A stretch of 64,000 bases of DNA from Candidatus Poribacteria bacterium (GTDB lineage Bacteria > Poribacteria > WGA-4E > WGA-3G), in the NCBI GenBank assembly GCA_965215265.1, contig OZ244048.1:1024001-1088000 (forward strand), read 5' to 3'. This document shows, in pieces, positions 30,120 through 40,375 of the stretch. The position numbers and the translations under genes are program-made. The first letter of the stretch is position 1. Each line of letters begins with the position of its first letter. A model generated the notes under the pieces. It did no database searches. It was not told where the DNA came from and saw nothing but the letters and a program-made list of their open reading frames with translations.

Positions 30120-32573
30120 TTAGACTCCTAACCAATATCGACATTTAATCAAAAAGATGTTCTTTCCGTCATCGGTAAAAGTGCTCCGCAATCGGTGCAA
30201 GGGACGAAATTCCAAATCGGCTTCACCAATCTGTTCTAGGGCTGCCTCTCGCGATTGCGCCCACACTACAAACAGTGTGCTCCCAGGACGAAATTCCCAG
30301 CGGAGTACGGTATTGCCACGCAGTGACCTGCGCTGGAAATCACGATTCTCATTCAATGGGTAAGGTTTGAATTGATAAGACTTGGGTTCTACCAATTCCT
30401 TGAAGTTGGTATAATCCCCTACGGTAATGAAGGGTTGCAAGTAGAACTGTAGGCTGAGTGTTGGAGTAAAACTGATGTTCGCGCGTGTGCTGAAGTCAAG
30501 CGTTCGATTTTCTAATTCTCCATAGACGTAGTGTTTTTTTATTTTACCGCTGATATTTTCTTCAATCAAATCAACCCACTGTGCATCGTTCATCTGATAA
30601 CTATAACTCGGTCCTATGCGTAACTCAACGTTAGATGCTGGCCGAATCCGAAGGGAGATATTCAAATTGTAGTCATACGAACTTCTATCGTCATTCCAAG
30701 CGAAAACAGGGTTCAATTCCAATTGAACCATTTTACGGCTATCTGTCGAAAGCCGTGTGAAGACCCACCAGCCTGCAGGGTTCTTAATCAGCGTTCCGCC
30801 GCGCCTTACGTCATCATCATTGAACGATTCCAAGTTACGACCGATCCAAAGATCGTAGTCCCAATAGTTTTTCAATCGGCCGTCTGTCCATATCTCAGAG
30901 TATCGGCTGATACTCACCCTGTTATAATTCCATGTGCGCCAACCGTAAAGCCCAAAAACAACGCGTCGGAAGATGCTAAACGGCTTCTCCTTTCGTGCTG
31001 TAAAATCATAATTCCACTCTATCATATCGGCACGACGACGGTATCCGAGGTCGTTTATCTCTAAATCAGGAGAGAGTGCTCTAAAATCGGTATCAAACCT
31101 TAGCCATCCGCCATGTTTATCAATTTCCAGGTGTGCAAGGTAACCTGATTTACGAGCATCGAGTTCTCCAGCTTGACTCGCAGCGACAGTGCCGGTAATC
31201 TGGTACCGGTCCTTCGCGAATTTCAGATCCCAATCCAAACCGCCGACATAAGCAGAATGGGACGCTTGTCGATTAACAGTTGTCATTATCAAACCGATGT
31301 TGGAATTGCCTTTAAGCACATCTTGCTTGACTCTACCTACAAAGTAGTTGGTTAGGGGTTCAATGAGGTAATCCAGCGTGTTATCTGCCTGTTTAATCTG
31401 TGCGTATTCTGGTGCTGTGACGGCCTCCATGATGCCGAAGGAGGTTTTGCTATTGGTTCTCCCGACAATCTTTGCGGCTCCTAGAATCGTTGTAGAATCT
31501 GGTCTGTTGATTTCCTCTGCCTCTTTGGGGAGTTTAAAATGCCCCGGTCTCCGCCCGATACGTCGGGAATAAAAGAAATTATAGTCGCTGCTTCCGAAGA
31601 TGGATGCCCCTTTGACAAAAAAGGGGCGCCGTTCGTTGAAATACTCTTCATAAGCCGAGAGATTTAGCGTGGCGGGGTCCGCTTCAACCTGCCCAAAATC
31701 GGGGTTGACCGTGGCATTGAGCGTTATGCCCGATGTAAGCCCGTATTGTACGTCGGTGCCAACATTTGCCCACAACGCCGTTTTGCTATTGAGAGTTGTT
31801 CTGCCCATTATATAAGGCACAAGTTCCAAATGGCGAGACGGATGGATATCTTTGATGCCGGTGAGGTCACCGAATCGGGACACCCAGCCGGGCTCACCGC
31901 GCTTGATGAGTCGCCACTGGTCATTTTCTTTTCTCCGGCTAATATCCCGCTGCACCTGTAGCCCCCAAATGTACTCATCTTTTGGTGCAAAACGTAATAC
32001 ATGAAAAGGGATTTTATATTCAGCCGCCCAGCCATTTTTGTGAAGTTTGGTCTTTACTTCCCAGACACCGTCCCATGTATTGTCCCACCAACCACTCCCA
32101 CCAACAGTGCCGTCTGATATAGAGCCCGATGGATAGACAGTAAACCAGAAAGCACTCTGCCGATTGTAATCCGAATCCAGATTAACGGTGATTTTATCCG
32201 AGTCAGCATAATCGTCACGTCTCACCAACCGTGAAACAATTTTATCGGGTTCGCTGTCATAGCACATTACAGCAAAATAGATTGCCTCGTCGTCGTAGGC
32301 AATTTGAAAGGTGGTGCGCTCGGTTGCCGGTTTGCCTTCATCCGGATCCCGCTGTCGAAAGCCTCCGTGGAGTGGTGCGGTTTTCCAGACTTCATCGTTC
32401 AAAACGCCATCCAGCTGCGGTGGTGTCCCGTTAATTCGGACGGCTCTGGCCGTTCGATGAGCAGATTCTACGTTCTTCTGAGCCATTACGTCGCCCGGGA
32501 GTTGCCAGACTAAAAACAGGGCAAATATCCCCCAGGCGCTGAGAAGGTCCCAGACAATTTTCATAGGTTTCAT
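30120..32573 (-). CDS. CBM9-like + DUF5916 outer-membrane protein
   Basis: Signal peptide, LDGVL.D..W, NPDFGQVEAD, ERRPFF, FYSRRIG, terminal YWL. Confidence 0.8.
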   Translation of the reverse strand: MKPMKIVWDLLSAWGIFALFLVWQLPGDVMAQKNVESAHRTARAVRINGTPPQLDGVLNDEVWKTAPLHGGFRQRDPDEGKPATERTTFQIAYDDEAIYFAVMCYDSEPDKIVSRLVRRDDYADSDKITVNLDSDYNRQSAFWFTVYPSGSISDGTVGGSGWWDNTWDGVWEVKTKLHKNGWAAEYKIPFHVLRFAPKDEYIWGLQVQRDISRRKENDQWRLIKRGEPGWVSRFGDLTGIKDIHPSRHLELVPYIMGRTTLNSKTALWANVGTDVQYGLTSGITLNATVNPDFGQVEADPATLNLSAYEEYFNERRPFFVKGASIFGSSDYNFFYSRRIGRRPGHFKLPKEAEEINRPDSTTILGAAKIVGRTNSKTSFGIMEAVTAPEYAQIKQADNTLDYLIEPLTNYFVGRVKQDVLKGNSNIGLIMTTVNRQASHSAYVGGLDWDLKFAKDRYQITGTVAASQAGELDARKSGYLAHLEIDKHGGWLRFDTDFRALSPDLEINDLGYRRRADMIEWNYDFTARKEKPFSIFRRVVFGLYGWRTWNYNRVSISRYSEIWTDGRLKNYWDYDLWIGRNLESFNDDDVRRGGTLIKNPAGWWVFTRLSTDSRKMVQLELNPVFAWNDDRSSYDYNLNISLRIRPASNVELRIGPSYSYQMNDAQWVDLIEENISGKIKKHYVYGELENRTLDFSTRANISFTPTLSLQFYLQPFITVGDYTNFKELVEPKSYQFKPYPLNENRDFQRRSLRGNTVLRWEFRPGSTLFVVWAQSREAALEQIGEADLEFRPLHRLRSTFTDDGKNIFLIKCRYWLGV

Positions 32574-32859
32574 CCTCTATCTCTTCAGAATTTTTTATGG
32601 ACTGAAACCCAATTTCTACAGAAAAATTCAGTTTTTCCGCGTTTTTGGTAAGGTATATCAGCATGCTGGGAATCAGAATCAACACTACGAATGCCACATG
32701 GCATAAATCAAATCAGAATCAACGCTATGAACGCTTTAATAGCATTCAGCGGGTATCAAGTCTTTTATAGTCTTCCTCGGGTATTTTCTTGATGTTCGCT
32801 CAAGCCCCGGCTATTCTCTCGCAAATAAGAAGACGTTTGCGCCATGTTTTTTATGACTC

Positions 32860-33393
32860 TTAGAGTTCTGCACCACACTTCGGACAGATTTCCTTCCATG
32901 TTGAACGTCTGCCTTCACCACAAATATCGCACGTTCCTAACGGATATTCATCCTGCTTTGCACGGCTTCCGCCCTTTTTATAGGTAATAATTCTCCATAC
33001 CGTCTCACCATCTTCTTCATAACAGTGCCATATACCCTCCTTTCTTCCATCTGCGGATGAGTCATCATGTTTTCGGTAAGGGCCGCCCCATTTGCGGTTC
33101 CCATTTTCATAATAACTCATGTAAGTGCCTTCGTTTTTTCCATCACGGAAGGTCGCTTCACTCGCCTTGTTTCCATTTTTGTGGTATTGAATCCAAAACC
33201 CATCTTTCTTACCTTCAATGTAATGCCCTTCGCTTCGTTTAAACCCGTTGGCGTAATACGTTACCCAATAGCCGTGCTTTTTGCCACGGTGCATTTCACC
33301 ATCCATAAGTGATTTTGGCATAATTGAATTCGCGTGACACAGGGTAGGCCGTGTCAATGCTGCCTCCTTTTCAGTTATGAAAGCTATATACAT
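32860..33393 (-). CDS. MORN-variant repeat protein (YwqK-like) with C-terminal zinc ribbon
   Basis: Repeats G.W..YY.NG.K..EG.Y..GKK; CDIC...CPKC; start uncertain. Confidence 0.75.
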   Translation of the reverse strand: MYIAFITEKEAALTRPTLCHANSIMPKSLMDGEMHRGKKHGYWVTYYANGFKRSEGHYIEGKKDGFWIQYHKNGNKASEATFRDGKNEGTYMSYYENGNRKWGGPYRKHDDSSADGRKEGIWHCYEEDGETVWRIITYKKGGSRAKQDEYPLGTCDICGEGRRSTWKEICPKCGAEL

Positions 33394-33400
33394 CCGCTAT

Positions 33401-34516
33401 TTACAACACGGTGTTAAGATACGTCTCAATTTTTTCCAACTTTTTTTTCCCGATGCCGCGGAAACCCTTTAGCTGCCCTTTATCAATTGCCTTGCGGAGT
33501 GAAATGAGACTATCAATGCTGTGCTCTTCATATAACCGCTTAATCGTCTTCGCACCGAGCCCAGGGATCGGTACGAGTTGTGCAACCGTACGCGGTGTGT
33601 CACAAATACACTCTTCTAACTTTGCACTGGTCCCTGTCTTCAAAAATTCACTGATAATTGTTTCAATAGTTTCGCCTACTCCGGGGATTTCTTCCTGCAA
33701 CCGTCCTTGTTCAAAGACATCCTCAATGGATTCAGGAAAGCGAGAGATCGCATGGGCTAACCATGGGTATCGTGATGCATGCTGTTCAGGATAGTCCGAA
33801 ATAATTAGGAAGGTATGGAGTTCCAAAAGCCGGAGGGCGAGTTCATCGTTACAGTGCCACCGGGTGCGTCCTTTTTCATCTATGTACGCACCCTCTTCAA
33901 GTTGAGGTTCTTGAAGGCTGAGCAATTGACAGATGTTTTCAGGGCGTTCATGTTTGATGGCGAAGTCATAAGGTGTCATTCCATCAAAATTAGGCATGGT
34001 TTTGTCCGCTTCCTGCTTAAGCAGCACCTGGATTATTTCAACAGACGCACATACAGCGGCAACGTGTAGCGGTGTTTCGCCGTTGAAGTCGCCGAATCCC
34101 ATGTCTGATGGTCCCGTTTTGGCTCGTCGGTTTACATCCGCGCCATGCTCAATTAGCAGTTTGACAGAGACTTGCTGGTCCGCTTCAGCTGCGTTGTGTA
34201 ACGGAGTTTCTCCACCGCGAGGCATCGCATGATTGACAGCCGCCCCCTTCTCGATTAAGTATTCAGTAAACGCCAAGTCATCATGGCTGGCAGCGAAACC
34301 GAGAAGGACCCCTTCGCTAAAGGTGTCTTTATTCACATCGCCACCATGTTCCAATAGATATTTGACAATGTTTTTATGCCCCTCAAAATATGCCCACAAG
34401 AACGATGGAATGTTACTAAAGTTCGGATCCGCACCTTTTTCAATCAGTACGCGGACCTGTTCAAAATCACCTTGCTTTGATGCTTCAATCAAGGCATTAT
34501 TCAGTGTCTTACTCAC
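33401..34516 (-). CDS. Ankyrin repeat protein fused to PolX-type helix-hairpin-helix region
   Basis: GETPLH ankyrin repeats; C-terminal IPGVG...I.EFLKTG and IPGLGAKT, GFRGIGKK; GTG start with GGAGG RBS. Confidence 0.78.
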   Translation of the reverse strand: MSKTLNNALIEASKQGDFEQVRVLIEKGADPNFSNIPSFLWAYFEGHKNIVKYLLEHGGDVNKDTFSEGVLLGFAASHDDLAFTEYLIEKGAAVNHAMPRGGETPLHNAAEADQQVSVKLLIEHGADVNRRAKTGPSDMGFGDFNGETPLHVAAVCASVEIIQVLLKQEADKTMPNFDGMTPYDFAIKHERPENICQLLSLQEPQLEEGAYIDEKGRTRWHCNDELALRLLELHTFLIISDYPEQHASRYPWLAHAISRFPESIEDVFEQGRLQEEIPGVGETIETIISEFLKTGTSAKLEECICDTPRTVAQLVPIPGLGAKTIKRLYEEHSIDSLISLRKAIDKGQLKGFRGIGKKKLEKIETYLNTVL

Positions 34517-35795
34517 TGTTTTTCCTCCATTGCAGAATTTGGATTGTCGCATCCCAAAGTGCGACAGCCAAGTACTTGCCGTTAGGTGAAACCGCTAATG
34601 CTTGAATACCGGTGGGATAAGTTTCCCAAATTACCGATTCGTTCTCGCGGATATTCCATACCCGCAAATTACCGGCCTCATCACCTGAAACAAGATACTT
34701 TGTGTCTGTACTGTTTGAATTGGGGACAAAGGCAATAGCACGGGTCCAATACGCCTCAAACCTATCCTTAGCGAAGAGTTGCGCACCGGTGTGGATGTCC
34801 CAGACGCGAATCCCTGATTTGTTGTTATGCTGTGTATCAACGACGAGCATGGTTTCATCCGGTGAGAAGATGAGGTTCCACATCCCCAGAATTTCACCTG
34901 TGTTGAACACCCATCTCGGGTTGTCTCCATGGTCCACATTCCAAACCTCAATCATCGTGCGATGCCCTTCGCCATCACGATAAGTGCCTTCTGCAGCGGC
35001 GATATAACGACCCGAAGGCGAAAGGGTAAGTCCGTTCCGGACCGGAGACGTTGTCCTAAAAGTTTTATGTTTTACCGGGGCACCTCGCAAAACGTTTGAG
35101 TTTTTGTTATCTTCATGGGCTACTTTGTTCACATCTACCCATTGCAAGAGGCTGAGATGCCACAGTTCGACTTTATCATCTCCCCGGGACAGAGCTGCTA
35201 AGCTTACAGCGTCATTAATATCTCCAACTTCATAAGAACCTTTCATCATCGGTTGTTCTGTATTGGTTTCCACGTTCAATCTGACGATTTGATCATTCGT
35301 TTTTGCGATTAAGAGATAATTCCGCTGAGGAGAATAGGCGAACCACCGTTTTCTTTCGATATTTCCCAACGTTCGCTTTTGTTGTGTCTGGATATTCCAT
35401 TTGACAAGAGTCCCGTCCATGCCGTTGGCAATTAACTTTGTGCCATCTACGTTAAAAGCCATTTGGCGGGCGACATCGGGTAGCAACTTATCCAATGTGG
35501 GTTCCTGCCTCACGCCGAGTTGGAAGGCGAGCTCCAGATTCACCGCATCCACCGACAAGCAAAACGAACCGAGCAGAAGGAGCACAAACGGTGTTTTTAT
35601 TAGAATTTCTCTTTTGCCGTGCTGTGGACGCAGGCATCTCGTGGCAAAGGGCAAACATAAGAGCCCCACCTTCATGGCAGAAAGTTTGTGATAGAACTGA
35701 ATCCGACACCTATTCATAAAGTTTCTCCGCGGTTTCACTGTTGGGGTCGTTTCCGGCACTACGACGAATATCCATTGCCCACTGAGCAAGCTCAA
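34509..35795 (-). CDS. WD40 beta-propeller protein
   Basis: DGTLVKWN, IRVWDI, LVSGD..GNLRVWN, LAVSPNG.YLA; true start probably downstream of 35795. Confidence 0.78.
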   Translation of the reverse strand: MSLLSGQWIFVVVPETTPTVKPRRNFMNRCRIQFYHKLSAMKVGLLCLPFATRCLRPQHGKREILIKTPFVLLLLGSFCLSVDAVNLELAFQLGVRQEPTLDKLLPDVARQMAFNVDGTKLIANGMDGTLVKWNIQTQQKRTLGNIERKRWFAYSPQRNYLLIAKTNDQIVRLNVETNTEQPMMKGSYEVGDINDAVSLAALSRGDDKVELWHLSLLQWVDVNKVAHEDNKNSNVLRGAPVKHKTFRTTSPVRNGLTLSPSGRYIAAAEGTYRDGEGHRTMIEVWNVDHGDNPRWVFNTGEILGMWNLIFSPDETMLVVDTQHNNKSGIRVWDIHTGAQLFAKDRFEAYWTRAIAFVPNSNSTDTKYLVSGDEAGNLRVWNIRENESVIWETYPTGIQALAVSPNGKYLAVALWDATIQILQWRKNSE

Positions 35796-35887
35796 CTATT
35801 ACTTGATTACGAGCAGGATGTTGCTTACACTTGTGCCATTCTTCAAACACAGTACAAAGTGGACTGAGGAGATTCCACCGGTTATCG

Positions 35888-37177
35888 TCACGGTTTCATC
35901 ATCTTATTTTTTTCTGTCGCACTTAAATTAGAGAGAAACTTCGCAACAGATTTGTTTTTCGCCTTTTCGGCATAGTCGAGCGGTGTTTGTCCATCTGCAT
36001 CGCGGGCATTTCTATTACCACCGTTTTCAATGAGCAGCTGCACTTGGTTTTTCCCGACTCCTTTTTGCGCGATGATGTGCATCGGCGTTCTTCCTTTATC
36101 GTCCACTACGTTCGGGTCTGCTCCATTTTCCAATAAGCAAGCAATACCGGATGTCAATCCGCGCTGCACAAGCCAATGGAGGGGTGCCCACATTCCGCGT
36201 CGATGCTTTTGCCGTGCGTTAATATCCCAGCCGTTGCTAAGAAATAGTTTCACCAATTGATTAAATCTGCGTGGTCCTTGGCCGACAAGCGAGTACCACT
36301 CTCTTAGCTTAATTTGATAACCGGACGCTATGAGCATGTCAATGATTCTGGGCTGCTTGAATCGGAGTGCGACTTCGAGCAGTGGGGTGTTCGGTCCTAC
36401 TGCGTAAGCGTATACATGCCCACCTGGCACCTCGCCGACTCTCTTACAATGTTTGTAGGGCCAATTTAACGGGGCAACGGCATAGCCGTCGGTAAGCTCG
36501 CTTTTTATCCGAAGATCGAGGAGTTCAGGATTTTCTTTTAACGCCGCCTTCGCGCGTTCAACATTTCCTATCGCACAGTACAACACAATGTCGCTCTCTG
36601 CGCCCTGTTCAAGTAGATAGCGGCACACATCAGGCCGATTCGACATCGTCCACTGTGCGGGGGTTCCGTTATGGTCCCGGTCGCGCGCGTTTATGTCTGC
36701 GCCTTGGGCAAGCAGCAGCGCAGCAATTCGGGGTGTTGCAGAAAAATGGAGTGGGGACATGCCATCACACCCTGGGGCATTAACGACATCCGGGTTTTCA
36801 CGAATGAGTGCCTCAAGTCTATCTGGCATATCCAGACCAGCGGCTGCATGCGCATCAATTGTAGCACCCCGCCGAATAAGATGTTGTGCTAACTTACGGT
36901 TGTAGTTTAGCATTGAACCTGTCACGTGGTGTAATGCTGAGGTCCCACCTGCCCACCATTTGCTTTTGATATCAATATCTGCCCCGGCATCAAGCAAAAC
37001 ATCAATAAGCGCGCGGTTTCTAATTGCGGCTGCAAATACAACCGCAGGGGCATCAAAGTCAAACCACGGTTCATCAATACATGAAACGAGCTCTGCATCA
37101 CTTGCCAATAGAGTTTTGACTCTTTCTACTTCGCCGTTTTGTATCGCCTCAATAAATGCAGTCTTATTCGTTTCCAT
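35888..37177 (-). CDS. Ankyrin repeat protein
   Basis: GADINARD, GRTPMH, GQTPLDYA repeats; AAAGGA RBS. Confidence 0.88.
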   Translation of the reverse strand: METNKTAFIEAIQNGEVERVKTLLASDAELVSCIDEPWFDFDAPAVVFAAAIRNRALIDVLLDAGADIDIKSKWWAGGTSALHHVTGSMLNYNRKLAQHLIRRGATIDAHAAAGLDMPDRLEALIRENPDVVNAPGCDGMSPLHFSATPRIAALLLAQGADINARDRDHNGTPAQWTMSNRPDVCRYLLEQGAESDIVLYCAIGNVERAKAALKENPELLDLRIKSELTDGYAVAPLNWPYKHCKRVGEVPGGHVYAYAVGPNTPLLEVALRFKQPRIIDMLIASGYQIKLREWYSLVGQGPRRFNQLVKLFLSNGWDINARQKHRRGMWAPLHWLVQRGLTSGIACLLENGADPNVVDDKGRTPMHIIAQKGVGKNQVQLLIENGGNRNARDADGQTPLDYAEKAKNKSVAKFLSNLSATEKNKMMKP

Positions 37178-37332
37178 TATCTATTTCCTTTTTTGTTAAT
37201 GGAAGTGTTCAAGTTTATCTGGTATGGAGATTCTTGTATTCATCTCGTCAGATCTTTGGAATTAAGGTGGAATGCGCTAATCGCATTCCACAGGTGATTT
37301 TCCGTATATGAGATGGTAATCTATTTTAAATT

Positions 37333-37361
37333 ATTATATCATAATAAACGTTAAGTATCAA
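37333..37361 (-). promoter_or_regulatory. sigma70-type promoter of the ankyrin/WD40 cluster
   Basis: TTGATA-N17-TATAAT on - strand. Confidence 0.6.
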
Positions 37362-37488
37362 GAAAATTTTTCGTACCAGCGGTATAACAGGGCAGAAGCA
37401 GGAACTGATGCTGTTGATACCGGCTGCTCTTGGGCGGATTGGGAAAGGAGAGCAGACTGCAAGTTATGATGATAGTATAAAAGTGCTT

Positions 37489-38820
37489 TTAACCTATCGC
37501 CTTATATACGTACAATGCAAGGAACAAGAAAGCAAAGAGGTGAATAAGTCCGTGTGCCTCTTTCCGACACCCGGTTATGAGTTTGAAAAAAGAATAGGTG
37601 ATAAATCCGAAGGCGATACCATCGGTAATGCTGAAGGCAAGCGGCATCATTACCAAGGTTAGGAACGCGGGTATTACTTCGGTAACATCGTCCCAATCAA
37701 TATTTGCAACGTTTCTGAGCATTAAACTACCTACAACGACTAAGGCAGGTGCAATAATCGGATAGAGCACCATATTTTCAGCGGTAAGATGCCCTGCCCC
37801 AACAAGTTTTACAAGTGGATAAAAAAACAGTGCCAACAACATGAGCAGTCCTGTCACAATAGCAGTCAGCCCAGTGCGGCCGCCTGCGGCGATGCCGGAG
37901 GCGCTTTCAATGTAACTTGTCACGGTGGAGGTCCCGAGGAGTGCACCAGATGCTGAACCGACTGCATCTGCTAGGAGTGCCTGCCGCGCTTTAGGGAGTT
38001 TCCCGCCTTTTAGGATGTTTGCCTGCTGTCCGAGTGCCGTGAACGTGCCAATGCTGTCGAACATGTCCACGAAAAAGAAACCGAGAATAAGAGCCAGAAG
38101 CGTCGGCGCGCTGAAGATGTTCGGAAGCTGTAATTTGAAGAAGGTCGACTCAAGAGATGGCGGTGCGGCAACGATCCCTTCAAATTTAGTAAGCCCAAAG
38201 ATGAGGTTGACCGCGGATGAGACCAGTATCCCTATTAGAAGCGCGCCTGGAACTTTGCGTGCAATAAGGATCAGTGTTAAGGCAATACCGAATAGCGCGA
38301 GAAGCACGCCCGGTGAACTGAAATCGCCTAGCGTGACAAATGTGACAGGATGGGCGATAATGATACCTCCCATCCGCAAGCCGATGAAAGCAATGAAAAA
38401 GCCAATCCCTACAGCAATTGAATGTTGAAGCACCGGTGGAATCGCGTTCATCACGGCTTCTCGGACCCCAATGAATGCAAGCAGGATGAATAATACCCCG
38501 GATATGAAGACCATTCCTAATGCCTCTTGCCACGGAACCCCTGCTGTAATACAGACGGTGAACACAAAATACGCGTTAATGCCCATGCCGGGGGCAAGCG
38601 CAATCGGGTAGTTCGTTAGAAACGCCATCAGGAACATCGCACCTGCAGACGAAATACAGGTGGCAGCCATCACAGCACCACTATCCATACCGGCTTGTGC
38701 AAGGAGAGCCGGGTTCACAAAAATAATATAAGACAAGGTCATGAAGGTGGTACAACCTGCTGCGATTTCTCGCTTGAGTGTTGTGCCTAGTTCTTCACAT
38801 CGAAAGAGTTTTTCTAACAT
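37489..38820 (-). CDS. NCS2/AzgA-family purine permease
   Basis: EI.AG.TTFMT.SYIIFVNP, APGMGINAYF, YIESASGI.AGGRTG. Confidence 0.93.
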   Translation of the reverse strand: MLEKLFRCEELGTTLKREIAAGCTTFMTLSYIIFVNPALLAQAGMDSGAVMAATCISSAGAMFLMAFLTNYPIALAPGMGINAYFVFTVCITAGVPWQEALGMVFISGVLFILLAFIGVREAVMNAIPPVLQHSIAVGIGFFIAFIGLRMGGIIIAHPVTFVTLGDFSSPGVLLALFGIALTLILIARKVPGALLIGILVSSAVNLIFGLTKFEGIVAAPPSLESTFFKLQLPNIFSAPTLLALILGFFFVDMFDSIGTFTALGQQANILKGGKLPKARQALLADAVGSASGALLGTSTVTSYIESASGIAAGGRTGLTAIVTGLLMLLALFFYPLVKLVGAGHLTAENMVLYPIIAPALVVVGSLMLRNVANIDWDDVTEVIPAFLTLVMMPLAFSITDGIAFGFITYSFFKLITGCRKEAHGLIHLFAFLFLALYVYKAIG

Positions 38821-38986
38821 TTTGTCGTTTCCTAAGGGGTGTGTCCAGGAGCTCTGTGTAAAAACTTCGGTTATTCATTAGGCATGGGTTCCCCTATGCG
38901 GTGATTTATCACCCATCACAGAACGAAAATAGATGCTAACACTTGGACACATCTTGACTTTATGATACCAATTGTCGTCAGAATTT

Positions 38987-40231
38987 TTATGCATTCTTTA
39001 AGGTAAACCGGACTGAGTCAAACCGGCGCGCTAACTTCGCAACTTCGAGTTTGACGATATCGGGTTCCTTACCGGAGAGTGCGGAGACAATACATTCGGC
39101 AATTTCTGGCGCGTCTGAGACGGTCATCCCCCACCGAGTCACCTCTTGCACACCGAGACGCAATCCGGATATGCCTACCTCCGGCGGTAACCCAGCGGTA
39201 CCTGCTATGATATGGCATGCTTCTAATTGTGCGGCTAGCTCGCTGCCCTCACCAAATGCATCCATGATTGGTATCAAGGTGTGTGACTCTGTAAAATCGA
39301 GTTCCGCACCAAGCATTGGAACTTCGCGATCGGCCAATGCGTGTCCTAAAGCCTTTGCATTTGCAACAATTGCATCTGCATGTTCTTGCCCGCATGCCAT
39401 CCACTCCAAAAACGTCCCAGCTAATGCTGGTAACCGGCTCAAATGGTGATTGCTCATCAGTAACGGGTAGAGCGTCTGCGCAATCCGTTCGGCAATGTCC
39501 GGATCGTTTGTTAAAATCATGCCGCCTTGTGGTCCCGCCAAGGTTTTGTGCGTACTTGAAATGATGACATCCGCGCCTTCATCAAAAGGTGGTTGGAACC
39601 GCCCTCCGGCGATGAGCCCGATGACATGTGCTGCATCGTAGATGAGATAGGATTCCGGATTCGCCTGGCGCATAGCGGCTTTGAGCTCGGCAACCGGTTG
39701 CGGAAATAGAAACACACCGGAGCCAATGTTCACCAACTTCGGGCGATGTTCCTCAATGAGCGCGACCGTCGCATCGAGATTGATATTAGATCGTGGGCCG
39801 TCCCACGGAATGAGAATTGATGTCAGATTTACCTGCAGCGGTGACGATGCCAACTTGTAGGCATAGCGGTGCCCGTTGTGAACCTCCAATGCTGTATCGC
39901 CCGGTTCACCGAGCGCGAATGTTGTTGCAATCCCTGCGATGTTCCCAGAAAGCGGACGAAAATCGACATGCGCTGCACCAAAGAGCTTCTTTGCCAATTC
40001 GTGCGTGTACGCCTCGATTTCGGCGATGTGACGGTTCCCTTTGTAATGCCGCCGGTAAAGATCTGTGCCGATATAATTCCCATACCGTCGCGCTAGCCGC
40101 TCGTCAAAAAATTCCTCTACCAACGGAGAAGGTGTATTCTCCGAAGCGATAAGATTGAGACAGCTCTTCCGATACTGATGATGCGTATCAAGAAGTGAGG
40201 TCAGTTTTTGCACTTCTATAGCGTAATTCAT
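38987..40231 (-). CDS. Divergent serine hydroxymethyltransferase-family PLP enzyme
   Basis: LNLIASEN, DAAH..GLIAGG, STHKTL.GPQGG, SGLRLG. Confidence 0.8.
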   Translation of the reverse strand: MNYAIEVQKLTSLLDTHHQYRKSCLNLIASENTPSPLVEEFFDERLARRYGNYIGTDLYRRHYKGNRHIAEIEAYTHELAKKLFGAAHVDFRPLSGNIAGIATTFALGEPGDTALEVHNGHRYAYKLASSPLQVNLTSILIPWDGPRSNINLDATVALIEEHRPKLVNIGSGVFLFPQPVAELKAAMRQANPESYLIYDAAHVIGLIAGGRFQPPFDEGADVIISSTHKTLAGPQGGMILTNDPDIAERIAQTLYPLLMSNHHLSRLPALAGTFLEWMACGQEHADAIVANAKALGHALADREVPMLGAELDFTESHTLIPIMDAFGEGSELAAQLEACHIIAGTAGLPPEVGISGLRLGVQEVTRWGMTVSDAPEIAECIVSALSGKEPDIVKLEVAKLARRFDSVRFTLKNA

Positions 40232-40309
40232 TGAAAATTTACCCCCTCTGCGGCTGAACTTGAAACAATGGAATCAGCACTCACTTTAAGAGAACTTTAA
40301 TAAAAAGGC

Positions 40310-40338
40310 TTGACATGCTAAAGAGAGCTCGGTATCAT
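40310..40338 (+). promoter_or_regulatory. sigma70-type promoter
   Basis: TTGACA-N17-TATCAT upstream of the enolase-superfamily gene. Confidence 0.65.
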
Positions 40339-40375
40339 GGAACTAACCTTCTAAAAATGAGGAAACTGTACCGTT

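Noticed and set aside
38821-38986. Purine riboswitch or MITE upstream of the NCS2 permease
   Set aside because: No recognisable purine-riboswitch core; only a short tgtgtcca/tggacaca inverted match
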